64,000 bases of DNA from an uncultured Gemmatimonadales bacterium (GCA_963707505.1 CAVPQB010000001.1:32001-96000), one strand, 5' to 3'. Numbered from the stretch's first letter, positions 52,950 to 63,870 are shown. Translations and numbers: made by a program. Notes: generated by a model from the sequence alone, not told the origin.

Positions 52950-52970
52950 TCACCGGATAAGATCGAAAAA

Positions 52971-53018
52971 TGGATTCCAAGGCGCGGATACGTCCGCGCC
53001 CTGCAGCGGGAATTACGA
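52971..53018. repeat. Degenerate REP-like copy with an inner hairpin, between convergent genes
   Basis: tggattcc...[ggcgcgga-tacg-tccgcgcc]...gcgggaattacga; the flanks resemble the 54949 copy. Confidence 0.5.
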
Positions 53019-53033
53019 CGCGGGACGACCATA

Positions 53034-53309
53034 TCACAGCGTGATATTACCCTTGCCGCCGGTCCCGCCTTTCGCTACCTGGGCGGCTGACTTCGCGAGG
53101 CGGCGCGCGAGCTCCGCTGGATCCGGCGATATGGTCACGCGCAATACGTCGCCTTCGTGTACCCCCTTCGGCAACGCTTCGATTGGCATCGTCACGACGT
53201 TATTGCCGTTGATTTCGACGGCGGCCACGCCGTTCTCGATCTGGTCGATCACCCATATGCTGGTGAATCCGCCGTTCGCTATCGGGGGAGGCGAGTTCGA
53301 ATCGGTCAT
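53034..53309 (-). CDS. DUF3006 family protein
   Basis: WVIDQIENGVAAVE...MPIEALPKGVHEGDVLRV. Confidence 0.8.
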   Translation of the reverse strand: MTDSNSPPPIANGGFTSIWVIDQIENGVAAVEINGNNVVTMPIEALPKGVHEGDVLRVTISPDPAELARRLAKSAAQVAKGGTGGKGNITL

Positions 53310-53386
53310 TTGTGCTCCGTGCGGACGTGGCATACCGAATGCTCTGGGGAAAGATATCCAAGGAAGACCTCAAACCCGAGCAAGCC

Positions 53387-54925
53387 ATGTACTCCGGTTC
53401 CGGCGCGACTGAATCTCTCTGGATGGACACGGCCGAAGTGCTCTCGTTCCCACCGCTCGGGAGTGATGCACGCGCGCACGTTTGTATCATCGGCGCCGGC
53501 ATTGCCGGTTTGACCACTGCGTATCTCCTCACACGTGCAGGCAAGGCGGTGATCGTCATCGACGATGGCCCCGTAGGCAGTGGCGAGACGGGGCGCACTA
53601 CTGCTCACATCTCGAATGCGCTCGACGATCGTTATTCCAATCTCGCTACACTGTTCGGAGATGACGGAGCGCGGCACGCCGCCGATTCACATACGGCCGC
53701 GATCCAGCGGATCGAAGCCATCGCCGAGCTGGAAGGTATCGACTGCGACTTCGAGCGAGTGGATGGATTTCTTTTTCTTCACAAAGGAGGAAAGAGCAAG
53801 CTTCTAACAGACGAGCTGGAAGCCAGCCATCAGGCAGGTCTCACCGATACCGAGCTGGTCGAGTGCGCGCCGCTCGACGCATTCGACACTGGCGTTGCAC
53901 TTCGGTTTCCCCGCCAGGCGCAGTTTCATGCATTGCGGTATCTGAATGGACTGGCACGCGCCATAATACGCGATGGCGGCCGCATCTACTCCGGAACAAA
54001 GGCGAAAGGCATCGAGGACGGTGTGCCTGCGAAAGTGACTACCGCCGATGGCCACACGATCATCGCCGATGACGTCGTAGTTGCCACCAACTCGCCGGTG
54101 AACGACTGGATGGTGATGCACACCAAACAGGCCGCGTACCGTACGTACGTGGTGGGATTACGCGTGCCGACCGACGCAATTCCGCACATGCTTCTGTGGG
54201 ATACGGCCGATCCGTATCATTATGTGCGCGTGCATTCCGCCGACAGGCCGGACGCTGACCATGAAGTGCTCATCGTTGGCGGCGAGGACCACAAGACTGG
54301 TCAGGCGCAGGACATGAACGAGCGCTTTGCCCGTCTCGAGCAGTGGGCGCGCGAACGTTTTCCCATGACGAAAGACGTCCTGTATCGCTGGTCGGGACAG
54401 GTTCTGGAGCCGGTGGATAGTCTCGCGTTCATCGGAAAGAATCCCGGTGCTGACGAGCACATCTACATCATCACGGGCGATTCAGGGCATGGAATTACAC
54501 ACGGCACGATCGGCGGTATCCTTGTCACGGATCTCATCATGGGTGTCGAGAATCCATGGACGGATATTTACGATCCGAGCCGTATAGCACTACGCGCGGC
54601 GCCGGATTTCGCTCGCGAAAATCTGAACGTGGCGGAACAATATTCGAGCTGGATAACACCGGGTGACGTTGGAAGCACCGACGAGATTCCCAACGACTCC
54701 GGTGCAGTCATACGTCGCGGCATGCACAAGATCGCGGTTTACAAGGATGCGTCCGGCAACGTCAACGAATGCTCCGCAGTCTGTACGCATCTTTACTGTA
54801 TAGTCGATTGGAATGACACGGAAAAGACGTGGGACTGTCCATGTCACGGCTCCCGGTTCGATCCGTATGGCAAGGTGGTGAATGGGCCTGCGATCGCGGA
54901 TCTGGAGCCGGCACGGAAGGCGTAG
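53387..54925 (+). CDS. FAD-dependent oxidoreductase with C-terminal Rieske [2Fe-2S] domain (YhfW-like)
   Basis: IIGAGIAG, GETGRTTAH; Rieske CTHLYC and CPCHGS. Confidence 0.92.
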   Translation: MYSGSGATESLWMDTAEVLSFPPLGSDARAHVCIIGAGIAGLTTAYLLTRAGKAVIVIDDGPVGSGETGRTTAHISNALDDRYSNLATLFGDDGARHAADSHTAAIQRIEAIAELEGIDCDFERVDGFLFLHKGGKSKLLTDELEASHQAGLTDTELVECAPLDAFDTGVALRFPRQAQFHALRYLNGLARAIIRDGGRIYSGTKAKGIEDGVPAKVTTADGHTIIADDVVVATNSPVNDWMVMHTKQAAYRTYVVGLRVPTDAIPHMLLWDTADPYHYVRVHSADRPDADHEVLIVGGEDHKTGQAQDMNERFARLEQWARERFPMTKDVLYRWSGQVLEPVDSLAFIGKNPGADEHIYIITGDSGHGITHGTIGGILVTDLIMGVENPWTDIYDPSRIALRAAPDFARENLNVAEQYSSWITPGDVGSTDEIPNDSGAVIRRGMHKIAVYKDASGNVNECSAVCTHLYCIVDWNDTEKTWDCPCHGSRFDPYGKVVNGPAIADLEPARKA

Positions 54926-54976
54926 GTCATCCTATCCTTGTTATAACATGGATTCCCGCTTTCGCGGGAATGACGA
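54926..54976. repeat. REP-like palindrome, same family as 33416-33474
   Basis: tggattcccgc-tttc-gcgggaatgacga (54949-54976); its reverse complement matches 33446-33470 over 25 nt. Confidence 0.85.
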
Positions 54977-55011
54977 ACCATGGTGCCAGTACCTGCCCTG
55001 CCACCCAACCG

Positions 55012-58000
55012 TTATCCCATGTTCACGATGACGGTGTGGCGCGCTCCGTCATCGCGCAACTGCACGGCGCCATCCGCCACCGTAGCACCATCCAGGGTTA
55101 CATCCTTCACTCCGCGCTGCACATGTGCCGGATTGCGCACCTCGATCGTGTACGTCGCTGACTTGTAGATGTACTCGATCGTGAATCCATCCCACGTGGG
55201 TGGAATGCACGGATTCATCGTGAGTCGATCGCCGCGCTTGGTGAAGCCGAGTATTCCTTCGAGACCCGTGCGATAGTACCAGCTCGCGCTGCCGGTATAC
55301 CATGTCCAGCCACCGCGCCCGAGATGCTGGTCGGCGGTATAGATGTCGGCCACGACCACGTAAGGCTCGACCTTGTAACGCTCGACAGCCTCTCTCGTAT
55401 CCGAGTGCGTCAGCGGATTCAGCATCTGGAACAGGTCGAACGCATGCGCACCGTTTCCGTTCATCACCTGCGCCCAGATCACCCACGTGGCTGCATGCGT
55501 GTACTGCGCGCCATTTTCGCGGACGCCCGGTAGATAGCCCTTGATGTAGCCAGGATCGTGAGAGGTCTTGTCGAATGGCGGCGTGAGCAGCATGACTAGC
55601 CGCGCATCGTTGCGAACGAGGTGCTGGTCGACCGATACCATCGCCGACTGCGCACGTTGCGGATGGCCGGCTCCTGACAGAACGCTCCAGCTCTGCGCGA
55701 TGGAATCGATCCTGGCTTCCTCGCTCTTGCTCGAGCCGAGCGGATAACCGTCGTCGTAGTATGCGCGAATGTACCAGTCGCCATCCCACGCGTTTGTTTC
55801 GATTCCGTTCCGGTAGCGCTCTGCAATCCCGAGGAAATCGTCGTGCGTTGCGGTATCGCCGCGCGATGCGCTGATCTCCGCGATGCGCTTCAACGTCGCG
55901 ATGAGGAACCATGCGAGCCAGACGCTCACTCCCTTCCCATCGATACCAACGCGGCTGAATCCGTCGTTCCAGTCGCCGCTGCCGATCAACGGGAGGTCGT
56001 GCTGCCCGAACGTGCACGCCTTGCGCAATGCGCGCACGCAATGCTCGTATATGGTCGCGCTCTCGTCCGATATTTCCGGCTTGTCGTACAGCTCGTGCTC
56101 GTCGGGAGCGAGCTGACGCATCGTGATGAACCTCGCCTGCTCGTCCAGAATCGAGTTGTCACCGGTCACTTCCGTGTAATGCGCTACGACGAACGGCAGC
56201 CATACCAGATCATCCGAGAAGCGCGTTCGAACTCCGCGGCCGCTCTTGGGATGCCACCAGTGTTGCACGTCACCTTCGACGAACTGCCGGCTGGCTGCGC
56301 GCAGAATGTGAGCGCGCGCAACCGGAACGTCGGTGTACAGAAACGCCATGCAGTCCTGCAACTGATCCCTGAAGCCGTATGCACCGCTGGATTGATACAG
56401 CGCCGTACGGCCCCACATCCGGCATGACAGAGCCTGGTACAGCAACCACCCGTTCTCAATCCTGTCAAAGGATTCATCGGGCGTCCTGACCTTGATAGTC
56501 GCGAGCCTGTCCTGCCATGCCTTGCCCGCGCGATCCACCTCTGCGACGGAGCTTTCTACCGTCTTGTATCTACGGATGAGCGTTCGCGCCTCGTCCATGG
56601 CGGAAACTGCGCCGAGCAGTACGATTACTTCCGCAGTCTCGCCAGGATGTACTGTCACGCTCGTTTGCAGCGCGCCACACGGATCAACGACCTCGCCGAC
56701 CGACTCACCGAGCGCTGCCTTCGACAGAGCTGCGGGACGGGCAGGCGTTCCATTCCGTCCAATGAATTCGCGCCGGTCCGCGGTGTAGCTCGTGACATCA
56801 CCACTCATTGCAAGGAATGCAACGAGATCGGCGTATTCCTGATCGAAGAAGTTCTGCCCGAAGATCGATGCGGTGTCGGTATCGTAGGAGGTGTACACAT
56901 GCTGCTGCGTCAGGTCGCGCGAAACGCCGAGTACCCATTCGACGTAGCTCGTCACCGTGATGCGCTTTGGCGATCGGCCGTTGTTGGTGATCCTGAGTAC
57001 GCTCACCTTTACCGGGTCGTCGGTCGCCATCGCGATCTTGACGGACGTATGTATGTCGGCGTGCTGATGATCGAAGATCGAGTAGCCAGCGCCATGCTTG
57101 ACGACATATTCGGTCATCTCGCGGATCGGAGCCGGTGTCGCAGTCCACACATCACCGGTCTCGTCGTCACGGAGGTAGATACAGTCGCTGCACGGATCAC
57201 GGACGGGGTCGTTGTGCCACGGGGTTATACGATAGAAGAAGCTGCTTTCCGCCCACGTGCAGCTGCTGCCGCTTTCCGTTATGACGAAGCCTGCCGCAGG
57301 ATTCGCTACGACGTTCGCCCACGGTGCCGGTGGCAGCTCGGTGCCATACAACCGCAGCTCGTACTCGCCGGCATCGTTGAAGAATCCGAAACCGTTGGTA
57401 GCTGGTGAATCCGATGGCGCCAGGGACGCCTTGCGATCTACAGTACGACGCGCGTATCGCGGCGGGACTGGAGCGTCGGGTCGCCCGGCGTATTCCTTCC
57501 TGTCATCTGGGAATTCGAGCAGGGAGCCCAGTCCCAGTCCATCACACGCAACATGCACGCGCGCCATCGCGCGAATCAGCGCGACATCTTCCGGCTTGAG
57601 TACGTCGGTACGGCGAATGAACACCCCGCCGGAGCGATCGATTAGCGCAGCCTCGCTCGACGCCATGACCGTCGATGTGAGCGTGTCGTTCAACTCCTGC
57701 AGGTACGACGGTGGCCGCTCGTTCAGAATGACGAGGTCCGACTTGAGACCCTTCAATCTCCAGTAATGGTGCGCCTGCAACAGTTGGCGGATACTGGGCA
57801 TTCCCTCCGGCGCGTCGATGGTCGCAAGCAGGATCGGGTTGTCACCGGAGATGCCGAGTGGCCATAGCGACTGCTGGCCGCGCGTGTTGTCGCGCAACTC
57901 CGTACCGGTCGGCCGTAATTGCGGATGCGGATAGATCAGATAGCCGGCGAACTGCTGATACACGGCAGCATCGCTCGGCGCGATCCCCAGATCGCGCAGC

Positions 58001-61000
58001 TCGGCCTGCGCCTGAGCCCAGCTCAGGTCGAGTGCGCGGCGCGCACTGAACGGATCATCGTACAGATCCGACAGCTCCACCGCTCGCTCGCGTGTCTCTG
58101 CGACGAGCGTGGTGAAGCTCACCGGAACTGATTTGCCGGGCGCAACACGAATGCGAACGCGGAGTGAGAAGATCGGATCGAGTGGCGCGCCGGCGGAATT
58201 CGACAGCGAACCCGCATCTTCCATTGCATCGGGATGTCGCACCGATTTCCCGCGGCCGATGAACTTTGCACGATCCGTCTCGTAACTCACACTTCCAACG
58301 CGCTCGGGACCTGTCGCGACGACGTGCGCCCCCCAGTAGACCTTCTCGTCGGAGGCGCGCGCACGGCGTGTTGCAATGATCGCCGAATGCTCGCCGACCC
58401 ATTCTGTCTGGACAAAGAGGTTGCCGAACGCCGGATGCTGTCGGTCCGTGTCGAGAGATTGCAACACGATCTCGGAGTAGCTCGTGAGCTCGAACTCGCG
58501 CGTCACAGCGGATCTGTTGGTGATCGTCACGCGCCTGACTTCTGCCGCGTCGTCGGACGATACCACGACTTCCATCATCGTGTCGACATCGCCATCTCTG
58601 CGATGGAACTCCACGCGATCACTGGCGAACGAGACATGATAGGCGTCCGCGTCGACGGCCACCGGTTGATGTGCCGCGCTCCATACACGGCCACTCGTCA
58701 TGTCCTTGATGTATATCCACTCACCGTGATTGTCGCGCGTCGTGTCGCGGCGCCAGCGCGTCACCACGATATCGCCGTAACGACTGTAGCCGCCGCCGGC
58801 GTTCGTGATGAGTGTCGTGTACGGAACGTTGCCAAGCAGTGCGATACGCGGCTGGGCGGTGTACGGCGTATCCATTTCCCGTACGGCCGGCTTCACCGTT
58901 TCCACCGGCGTCATCGGAACCGGCTCATCCTCGTTGCCGGTTCGCTGCACTACCAGGCGCCGTGGAATGCGTTCCTGAAGAACCAGGTCGTTGGAGCGAA
59001 CCAGTGGATCCGCATGGAAACGTCGCTGCCACACCTGACGTTGCAATGCGTTGGTAAGTGCTACCAGACTCATCCCGATGTGGTGCGCCATGTACGTTCC
59101 GACCACCGCGCGCGTGGATCCGGGATCCGGACGCGTGTAGTCGATGGCGTCGCGGAAGCCGTACGGCCCCAGCGCTCCTTCGCTCTCGAGTACGGCGAGA
59201 TTACGGATTGCCTGATGCGGCTGGATCAGCATCGCGAGTACCGTCGCGTACGGTGCGACGACCAGATCCTTGTTGAGTCCGCGCTTCAGCGCGAGATCCG
59301 GCACTCCGAAGCCGCGATACTGATATACCTGATTCCGGTCGCGCACATTGTACGCGGATTCGGATACTCCCCATGGTGTCTTTCTCTCCGCACCGTACAG
59401 AATCTGTCGCCGCACTGCACCGTGGTACGTCTGATCCAGCAGCGTGAACGGATACGACTGCGTCACGAGCACCGGCATGAGATACTCGAACATGCTGCCG
59501 CTCCACGAAGCGAGAGCACGAATGCCCCTGTCTGACGTGAGCGAGCGTCCGAGATGAAACCAGTGCTCGACCGGAATGTCGCCCTTGGCGATAGCTATGA
59601 ACGACGCAAGACGTGCTTCGGATGCAAGCAGGTCGTAGAACGAGTTGTCGAACGAGCTTGCACTCGTGTGATATCCGATTGAGAACAGCTTCCTGCGCTC
59701 ATCGTACAGGAACGTGAAATCCATCTCTGATGCGTAGGCGAATGCGCGATCCGCTATCGCCCGCAGTCGTGCGCACTCGTCGCCGACATCCTCACCGGGT
59801 GCGACCGTTCCCTGCATTCGCTCGCCTGACCTGGCTGCGACTATACCACCCGCGAGCGAATGGCCGGAAATCTCCATCTCGATCGTGCGCGGTTGCAGCG
59901 AGTGGATTATCTGGATGCATGCCTGCTTCAATGCAATGAGGTGCCCGGCAAGGTTGCCGCTGTCTACGGTCGATATGTACGCAGGCTCCAGTACCTGCAG
60001 CGTCGTGAGATCATACCAGTTGAAGAAGTGGCCACGATAACGGTGCATCTTCTCCAATGACTGGAACATCCGCTCCAGCCGCTCGATCATGTCCTGCCGA
60101 GTGATGAATCCAAGGTCAGCGGCGCTGACCGTCGCCAGCAGCTGAAGACCGATGTTGGTCGGCGACGTACGCAGGGCAACTTCCGGCTCGGGATCTTCCT
60201 GAAAATTGTCGGGCGCGAGCCAGCTCGTCTTGTCGGTTACAAAATGATTGAAGAACTCCCAGTGCAATCGCGCATACCGCTCGGCGCGCGCGCGCTCAGC
60301 CTCGCCGAGCTTCACCTCGCCCGGAATTGCCGGAGCGGAAAGCGCAGATGCGATGCTCGGCGACACGATCCAGAGGATCGCCAGCGGAATCGTTGCGACC
60401 ACCGCCAACACGCGCAAGCCGATACTGTCGCCCGTGTAGTACACACTGACCATCGCAGCGATGCCGGCAAGCAGACCGATCACCACCGCGGGCCACATGC
60501 GGCGATACACTTCGCGGTCTGGGCCGGAGCGCATCGCGCGCTCTACCTGCGAGGCGGTCTGCCATTCGAGCATGTGACGGTGCGTCACATATAGTCGCAC
60601 TACTGTGCGTACTATTGCGTCCGCCGACACCCACGCCTGATGCGGGAGGAACGTTACTGCAAGGCCAAACTGCTCGGCGTTTGCCATTATGTCGCGCGCA
60701 ACCGCCCCGTAGTACGCCTGCAGAGATTGATCGGTTGGCGGTTGAAGTATCTCGAGAACTGCCGCGAACAGCCACGGAAATGCGATAAACGCCAGCACGA
60801 CGACCGTCCAGAGCATCGGCGAACCAGGCAGGACGAACCAGCCAACTAGCAACAACACCAGCAATGCTATCTCTACGAGCGACCGTCTCAGGTTGTCGAA
60901 GATCTTCCAGCGCGAGAGCGTCGACAATCTGTTCGGCTCCAGACCGTCAGGACCGGGTACGGTTGCGCCGAGCCAGCTCAGGATCTGCCAGTCACCGCGA

Positions 61001-63375
61001 ATCCAGCGGTGCTTGCGGCGCGTGTAGGCCAGGTAGCGTGTTGGATAATCGTCGTAAAGCTCGATGTCGGTTACGAGACCGGCGCGCGTATACGTACCTT
61101 CGATGAGATCGTGGCTCAACAACGTGTTCTCGGGAAACCGACCACGCGTCGCTTCCTCGAACGCGTTGACGTCGTAGATCCCCTTGCCGGTAAAGCTTCC
61201 CTCGCCGTACAGATCCTGATACACGTCCGACACCGCAGTCGTGTATGGATCGACACCGGGATGGCCTGAGTGAATCGCGGCGAACTTGGAGCGATACGCG
61301 CTCGTGAGCGCAACACCAACGCGTGGCTGGAGAATTCCATACCCGCGTGTTACGCGCCCGAGTGTTTCATCGTACTCGGCGCGATTCAGCGGATGCGCCA
61401 TGGTTCCGACCAGCTGCGCAGCTGCACCGCGCGGAAGCACGGTGTCGGAGTCGAGAGTGATGACGTAGCGCACATCTACGAGCCACGATGGATCGCCGGC
61501 GATCACGGGGAACGCGTCAGTGGATCCGCCGCGCAGAAAGCGATTGAACTCCGCGAGCTTGCCGCGCTTGCGCTCCCATCCCATCCACACGCCTTCGGTC
61601 TCGTTCCACCTGCGCGCGCGATGGAAGACCAGAAATGGCCCGGCATCGCTCGCCGCCTTGTACTTGTCGTTCAGGCTTCTGACGCCGCTCTCGATCGCTT
61701 CGACGACGTGCGCGTCACCGGCAAGCGTCTCGGTTTTGGCATCGGTGAAGTCACTGAGAACGACAAAATGGAGATTCGGATCCGGGTTCGCGAGATACTG
61801 CACCTCGAGATGCTCCAGAGCCTCGCGCACCGACGCAACAGTTGCAAATAATGTTGGAACGACAACGGCTGTTCGCGCCTGCGCGGGAATACCCTCGTCG
61901 CGAAAATCCATCTTCGGAAGCAGGTGCGGCGGCACGATGACCGTCACCAACTTGTTCACGACCGCAACACCAACCTCGCTCGCGGGAATCGCAAGCAACA
62001 ACACCAGCAGCAGCGCGTAGCCGGTCGTCGTGATTGGCGCGATCTCCAGAATCAGGACGAACACCAGCAGTGTCACCGCCGATATCACGCCGAAGTACAC
62101 CACGCTCGGGTGACGCTTGGCCCATCTATATACGCGCTCGCTGACGGTCGGGGCGTATTGGGTGCGCTCCTCGAGCGTGAGCCTTCCATCGCCAATCAGC
62201 CAGTGGCCCACGTGCGACATGCGCGCATCGCCGGGATACTCGCGCGCGAGGGCGAGCACCTCGTTGGCGATCGAATCCTCGTCGCGTTTGGTACGTTTGG
62301 CGATCTGCTCGACCGCATGGCGGTACTCGTCGCGCGACGCGAACGTCATGTCGGCATAGACGTGAGCCGGATCGTCGCGCAGCAGTCGTTCCGTCACGCT
62401 CTGGGACTCGACGAACTCGTTCCAGTCCAGACGCGCGATCATGCGCAGGCTCTGGATGCTGTTCGTGATGGTGACCTGCGTTATCGCGATACGACGATTC
62501 GAGCGTGTGACCGCGTCTTCCGCGCTGAGCCCGTCTTCCGCGATCCACTGCTCCAGCCACACGAGAGGCGTGAAGTTCGTCTGGTAGCTGCGTATCTGTC
62601 CCAGAAAGCGCGCGACGAACGTCGGCGTCAGCTGCGGATGGTTATCTATGAATGTCGACAGCGCGAGTGACAATGCATCCGATGACTCGGCGCTCGCAGT
62701 CCGCATGCGTGTCGCCCACATATCGGCTTCCTGCACCTCCGCCAATCGCGCCGCCGTGCGCAGTGCCATCCGGCGGATGTTCTCGACCAGGCCGAGTCGC
62801 AGCATCGTCGGGATCGCCCACAGCTCACCCAGCCTGAGCTGTGACACACGCTGAAACTCACGTGTGAACAACGTGATGTTGTCGAGATCCAGTCTGCCTT
62901 CGGTGTGACCGATGAGCTCGATCGCCAGCTCGTACACACGTGGGTACCCTGCCAGTGTGCCGCTCGCGAGCTTGGGCAGCTCCTGATAGTACTTGTGCGG
63001 GAGCGCGGTGCGTACCTCACGCATGTGCTCCTGTACGATGTAGTAGTTGTCCAGCAACCACTCACCAGCCGACGAGATGTCGATCCCATGCGCAGCAGCA
63101 TCACTCAGTGCGTGCTGTATCTCCGTCAGTACTGTCCTGGTGTCGTCGAGTCTGCGAAGCAACGGGCCTGGGCCGCGTCGCAAGGGCGGCGGTCCGATCT
63201 TTTCCTGCCGCGCAACCGCACGCGCGCGCTCTGCGAGCCGGTCGACGCCGAGCACCTCACCTCGGATAGGAGCTACGAGATGGGCTGCGCCAGCGCCATC
63301 ATCGTCAGTCCCGGTCCAGGCGAGGAAGCGCTTGAGGACGTTTTTTTCGGTTTTGGGGGGAGTAGCAGTGGCCAC
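55012..63375 (-). CDS. ndvB: Cyclic beta-1,2-glucan synthase (Cgs/NdvB/ChvB): GT84 + cyclization domain + GH94 phosphorylase
   Basis: About 2790 aa; EWLLDNYY, WERKRGKL, VITLDSDT, LLSHDLIEG, RWIRGDWQ, RTSPTNIG, YDLLASEARL, WSGSMFEYLMP, YQSSGAYGFRDQLQD, GDWNDG, RENGAQYTH, RGGWTWYTGSA. Start uncertain (63375 GTG vs 63453). Confidence 0.93.
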   Translation of the reverse strand: MATATPPKTEKNVLKRFLAWTGTDDDGAGAAHLVAPIRGEVLGVDRLAERARAVARQEKIGPPPLRRGPGPLLRRLDDTRTVLTEIQHALSDAAAHGIDISSAGEWLLDNYYIVQEHMREVRTALPHKYYQELPKLASGTLAGYPRVYELAIELIGHTEGRLDLDNITLFTREFQRVSQLRLGELWAIPTMLRLGLVENIRRMALRTAARLAEVQEADMWATRMRTASAESSDALSLALSTFIDNHPQLTPTFVARFLGQIRSYQTNFTPLVWLEQWIAEDGLSAEDAVTRSNRRIAITQVTITNSIQSLRMIARLDWNEFVESQSVTERLLRDDPAHVYADMTFASRDEYRHAVEQIAKRTKRDEDSIANEVLALAREYPGDARMSHVGHWLIGDGRLTLEERTQYAPTVSERVYRWAKRHPSVVYFGVISAVTLLVFVLILEIAPITTTGYALLLVLLLAIPASEVGVAVVNKLVTVIVPPHLLPKMDFRDEGIPAQARTAVVVPTLFATVASVREALEHLEVQYLANPDPNLHFVVLSDFTDAKTETLAGDAHVVEAIESGVRSLNDKYKAASDAGPFLVFHRARRWNETEGVWMGWERKRGKLAEFNRFLRGGSTDAFPVIAGDPSWLVDVRYVITLDSDTVLPRGAAAQLVGTMAHPLNRAEYDETLGRVTRGYGILQPRVGVALTSAYRSKFAAIHSGHPGVDPYTTAVSDVYQDLYGEGSFTGKGIYDVNAFEEATRGRFPENTLLSHDLIEGTYTRAGLVTDIELYDDYPTRYLAYTRRKHRWIRGDWQILSWLGATVPGPDGLEPNRLSTLSRWKIFDNLRRSLVEIALLVLLLVGWFVLPGSPMLWTVVVLAFIAFPWLFAAVLEILQPPTDQSLQAYYGAVARDIMANAEQFGLAVTFLPHQAWVSADAIVRTVVRLYVTHRHMLEWQTASQVERAMRSGPDREVYRRMWPAVVIGLLAGIAAMVSVYYTGDSIGLRVLAVVATIPLAILWIVSPSIASALSAPAIPGEVKLGEAERARAERYARLHWEFFNHFVTDKTSWLAPDNFQEDPEPEVALRTSPTNIGLQLLATVSAADLGFITRQDMIERLERMFQSLEKMHRYRGHFFNWYDLTTLQVLEPAYISTVDSGNLAGHLIALKQACIQIIHSLQPRTIEMEISGHSLAGGIVAARSGERMQGTVAPGEDVGDECARLRAIADRAFAYASEMDFTFLYDERRKLFSIGYHTSASSFDNSFYDLLASEARLASFIAIAKGDIPVEHWFHLGRSLTSDRGIRALASWSGSMFEYLMPVLVTQSYPFTLLDQTYHGAVRRQILYGAERKTPWGVSESAYNVRDRNQVYQYRGFGVPDLALKRGLNKDLVVAPYATVLAMLIQPHQAIRNLAVLESEGALGPYGFRDAIDYTRPDPGSTRAVVGTYMAHHIGMSLVALTNALQRQVWQRRFHADPLVRSNDLVLQERIPRRLVVQRTGNEDEPVPMTPVETVKPAVREMDTPYTAQPRIALLGNVPYTTLITNAGGGYSRYGDIVVTRWRRDTTRDNHGEWIYIKDMTSGRVWSAAHQPVAVDADAYHVSFASDRVEFHRRDGDVDTMMEVVVSSDDAAEVRRVTITNRSAVTREFELTSYSEIVLQSLDTDRQHPAFGNLFVQTEWVGEHSAIIATRRARASDEKVYWGAHVVATGPERVGSVSYETDRAKFIGRGKSVRHPDAMEDAGSLSNSAGAPLDPIFSLRVRIRVAPGKSVPVSFTTLVAETRERAVELSDLYDDPFSARRALDLSWAQAQAELRDLGIAPSDAAVYQQFAGYLIYPHPQLRPTGTELRDNTRGQQSLWPLGISGDNPILLATIDAPEGMPSIRQLLQAHHYWRLKGLKSDLVILNERPPSYLQELNDTLTSTVMASSEAALIDRSGGVFIRRTDVLKPEDVALIRAMARVHVACDGLGLGSLLEFPDDRKEYAGRPDAPVPPRYARRTVDRKASLAPSDSPATNGFGFFNDAGEYELRLYGTELPPAPWANVVANPAAGFVITESGSSCTWAESSFFYRITPWHNDPVRDPCSDCIYLRDDETGDVWTATPAPIREMTEYVVKHGAGYSIFDHQHADIHTSVKIAMATDDPVKVSVLRITNNGRSPKRITVTSYVEWVLGVSRDLTQQHVYTSYDTDTASIFGQNFFDQEYADLVAFLAMSGDVTSYTADRREFIGRNGTPARPAALSKAALGESVGEVVDPCGALQTSVTVHPGETAEVIVLLGAVSAMDEARTLIRRYKTVESSVAEVDRAGKAWQDRLATIKVRTPDESFDRIENGWLLYQALSCRMWGRTALYQSSGAYGFRDQLQDCMAFLYTDVPVARAHILRAASRQFVEGDVQHWWHPKSGRGVRTRFSDDLVWLPFVVAHYTEVTGDNSILDEQARFITMRQLAPDEHELYDKPEISDESATIYEHCVRALRKACTFGQHDLPLIGSGDWNDGFSRVGIDGKGVSVWLAWFLIATLKRIAEISASRGDTATHDDFLGIAERYRNGIETNAWDGDWYIRAYYDDGYPLGSSKSEEARIDSIAQSWSVLSGAGHPQRAQSAMVSVDQHLVRNDARLVMLLTPPFDKTSHDPGYIKGYLPGVRENGAQYTHAATWVIWAQVMNGNGAHAFDLFQMLNPLTHSDTREAVERYKVEPYVVVADIYTADQHLGRGGWTWYTGSASWYYRTGLEGILGFTKRGDRLTMNPCIPPTWDGFTIEYIYKSATYTIEVRNPAHVQRGVKDVTLDGATVADGAVQLRDDGARHTVIVNMG

Positions 63376-63469
63376 GTAGCGAAAGTTAAAGGCGCCGCCG
63401 AAGCGGTGCCCCGAATCTGCATGACATACCAGCCGGTGCGCGACGTCATGCAAGCGGGGACGTACCTAA

Positions 63470-63727
63470 CTATTGCACGTAGTACGCCTTTATCGCAGAT
63501 GAGATTACAACTTCACGAATGTGGCCCGGATCCGGACTATTCGCGAGCGCCCCTTCGTCCACGATCTCTTTCCACATGTGCTTCACCCAGATCACGAACT
63601 GCTCCGCGCTGATCCCGCTGTTGTGCGCCTCTGCCGCCGCGGAGGCTACCGCGCCGCGTACCTCGTCATGAGCGCCCTCCGAAGTCGAGCAATGAGTTCG
63701 TAGGGCCGCACGAAATCGTGTCGCCAT
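63470..63727 (-). CDS. Small hypothetical helical protein
   Basis: ORF between HD-GYP and cgs; SAEQFVIWVKHMW...VISSAIKAYY. Start 63727 or 63778. Confidence 0.6.
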   Translation of the reverse strand: MATRFRAALRTHCSTSEGAHDEVRGAVASAAAEAHNSGISAEQFVIWVKHMWKEIVDEGALANSPDPGHIREVVISSAIKAYYVQ

Positions 63728-63832
63728 GTCTTCGCTTAGCACGCGGAGAATATAATACGTATGTTTCCGAGAAGACACGGCAACTCGAAGGATGGCCGCA
63801 AATGGTCGATCGGACCGGATGAGCGTCCGTAG

Positions 63833-63862
63833 AGGAGCCGCAAGCTACAGGAGCCGCAAGCT
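63833..63862. repeat. Short tandem direct repeat
   Basis: aggagccgcaagct x2 with a 16-nt period. Confidence 0.7.
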
Positions 63863-63870
63863 GCGACGCG

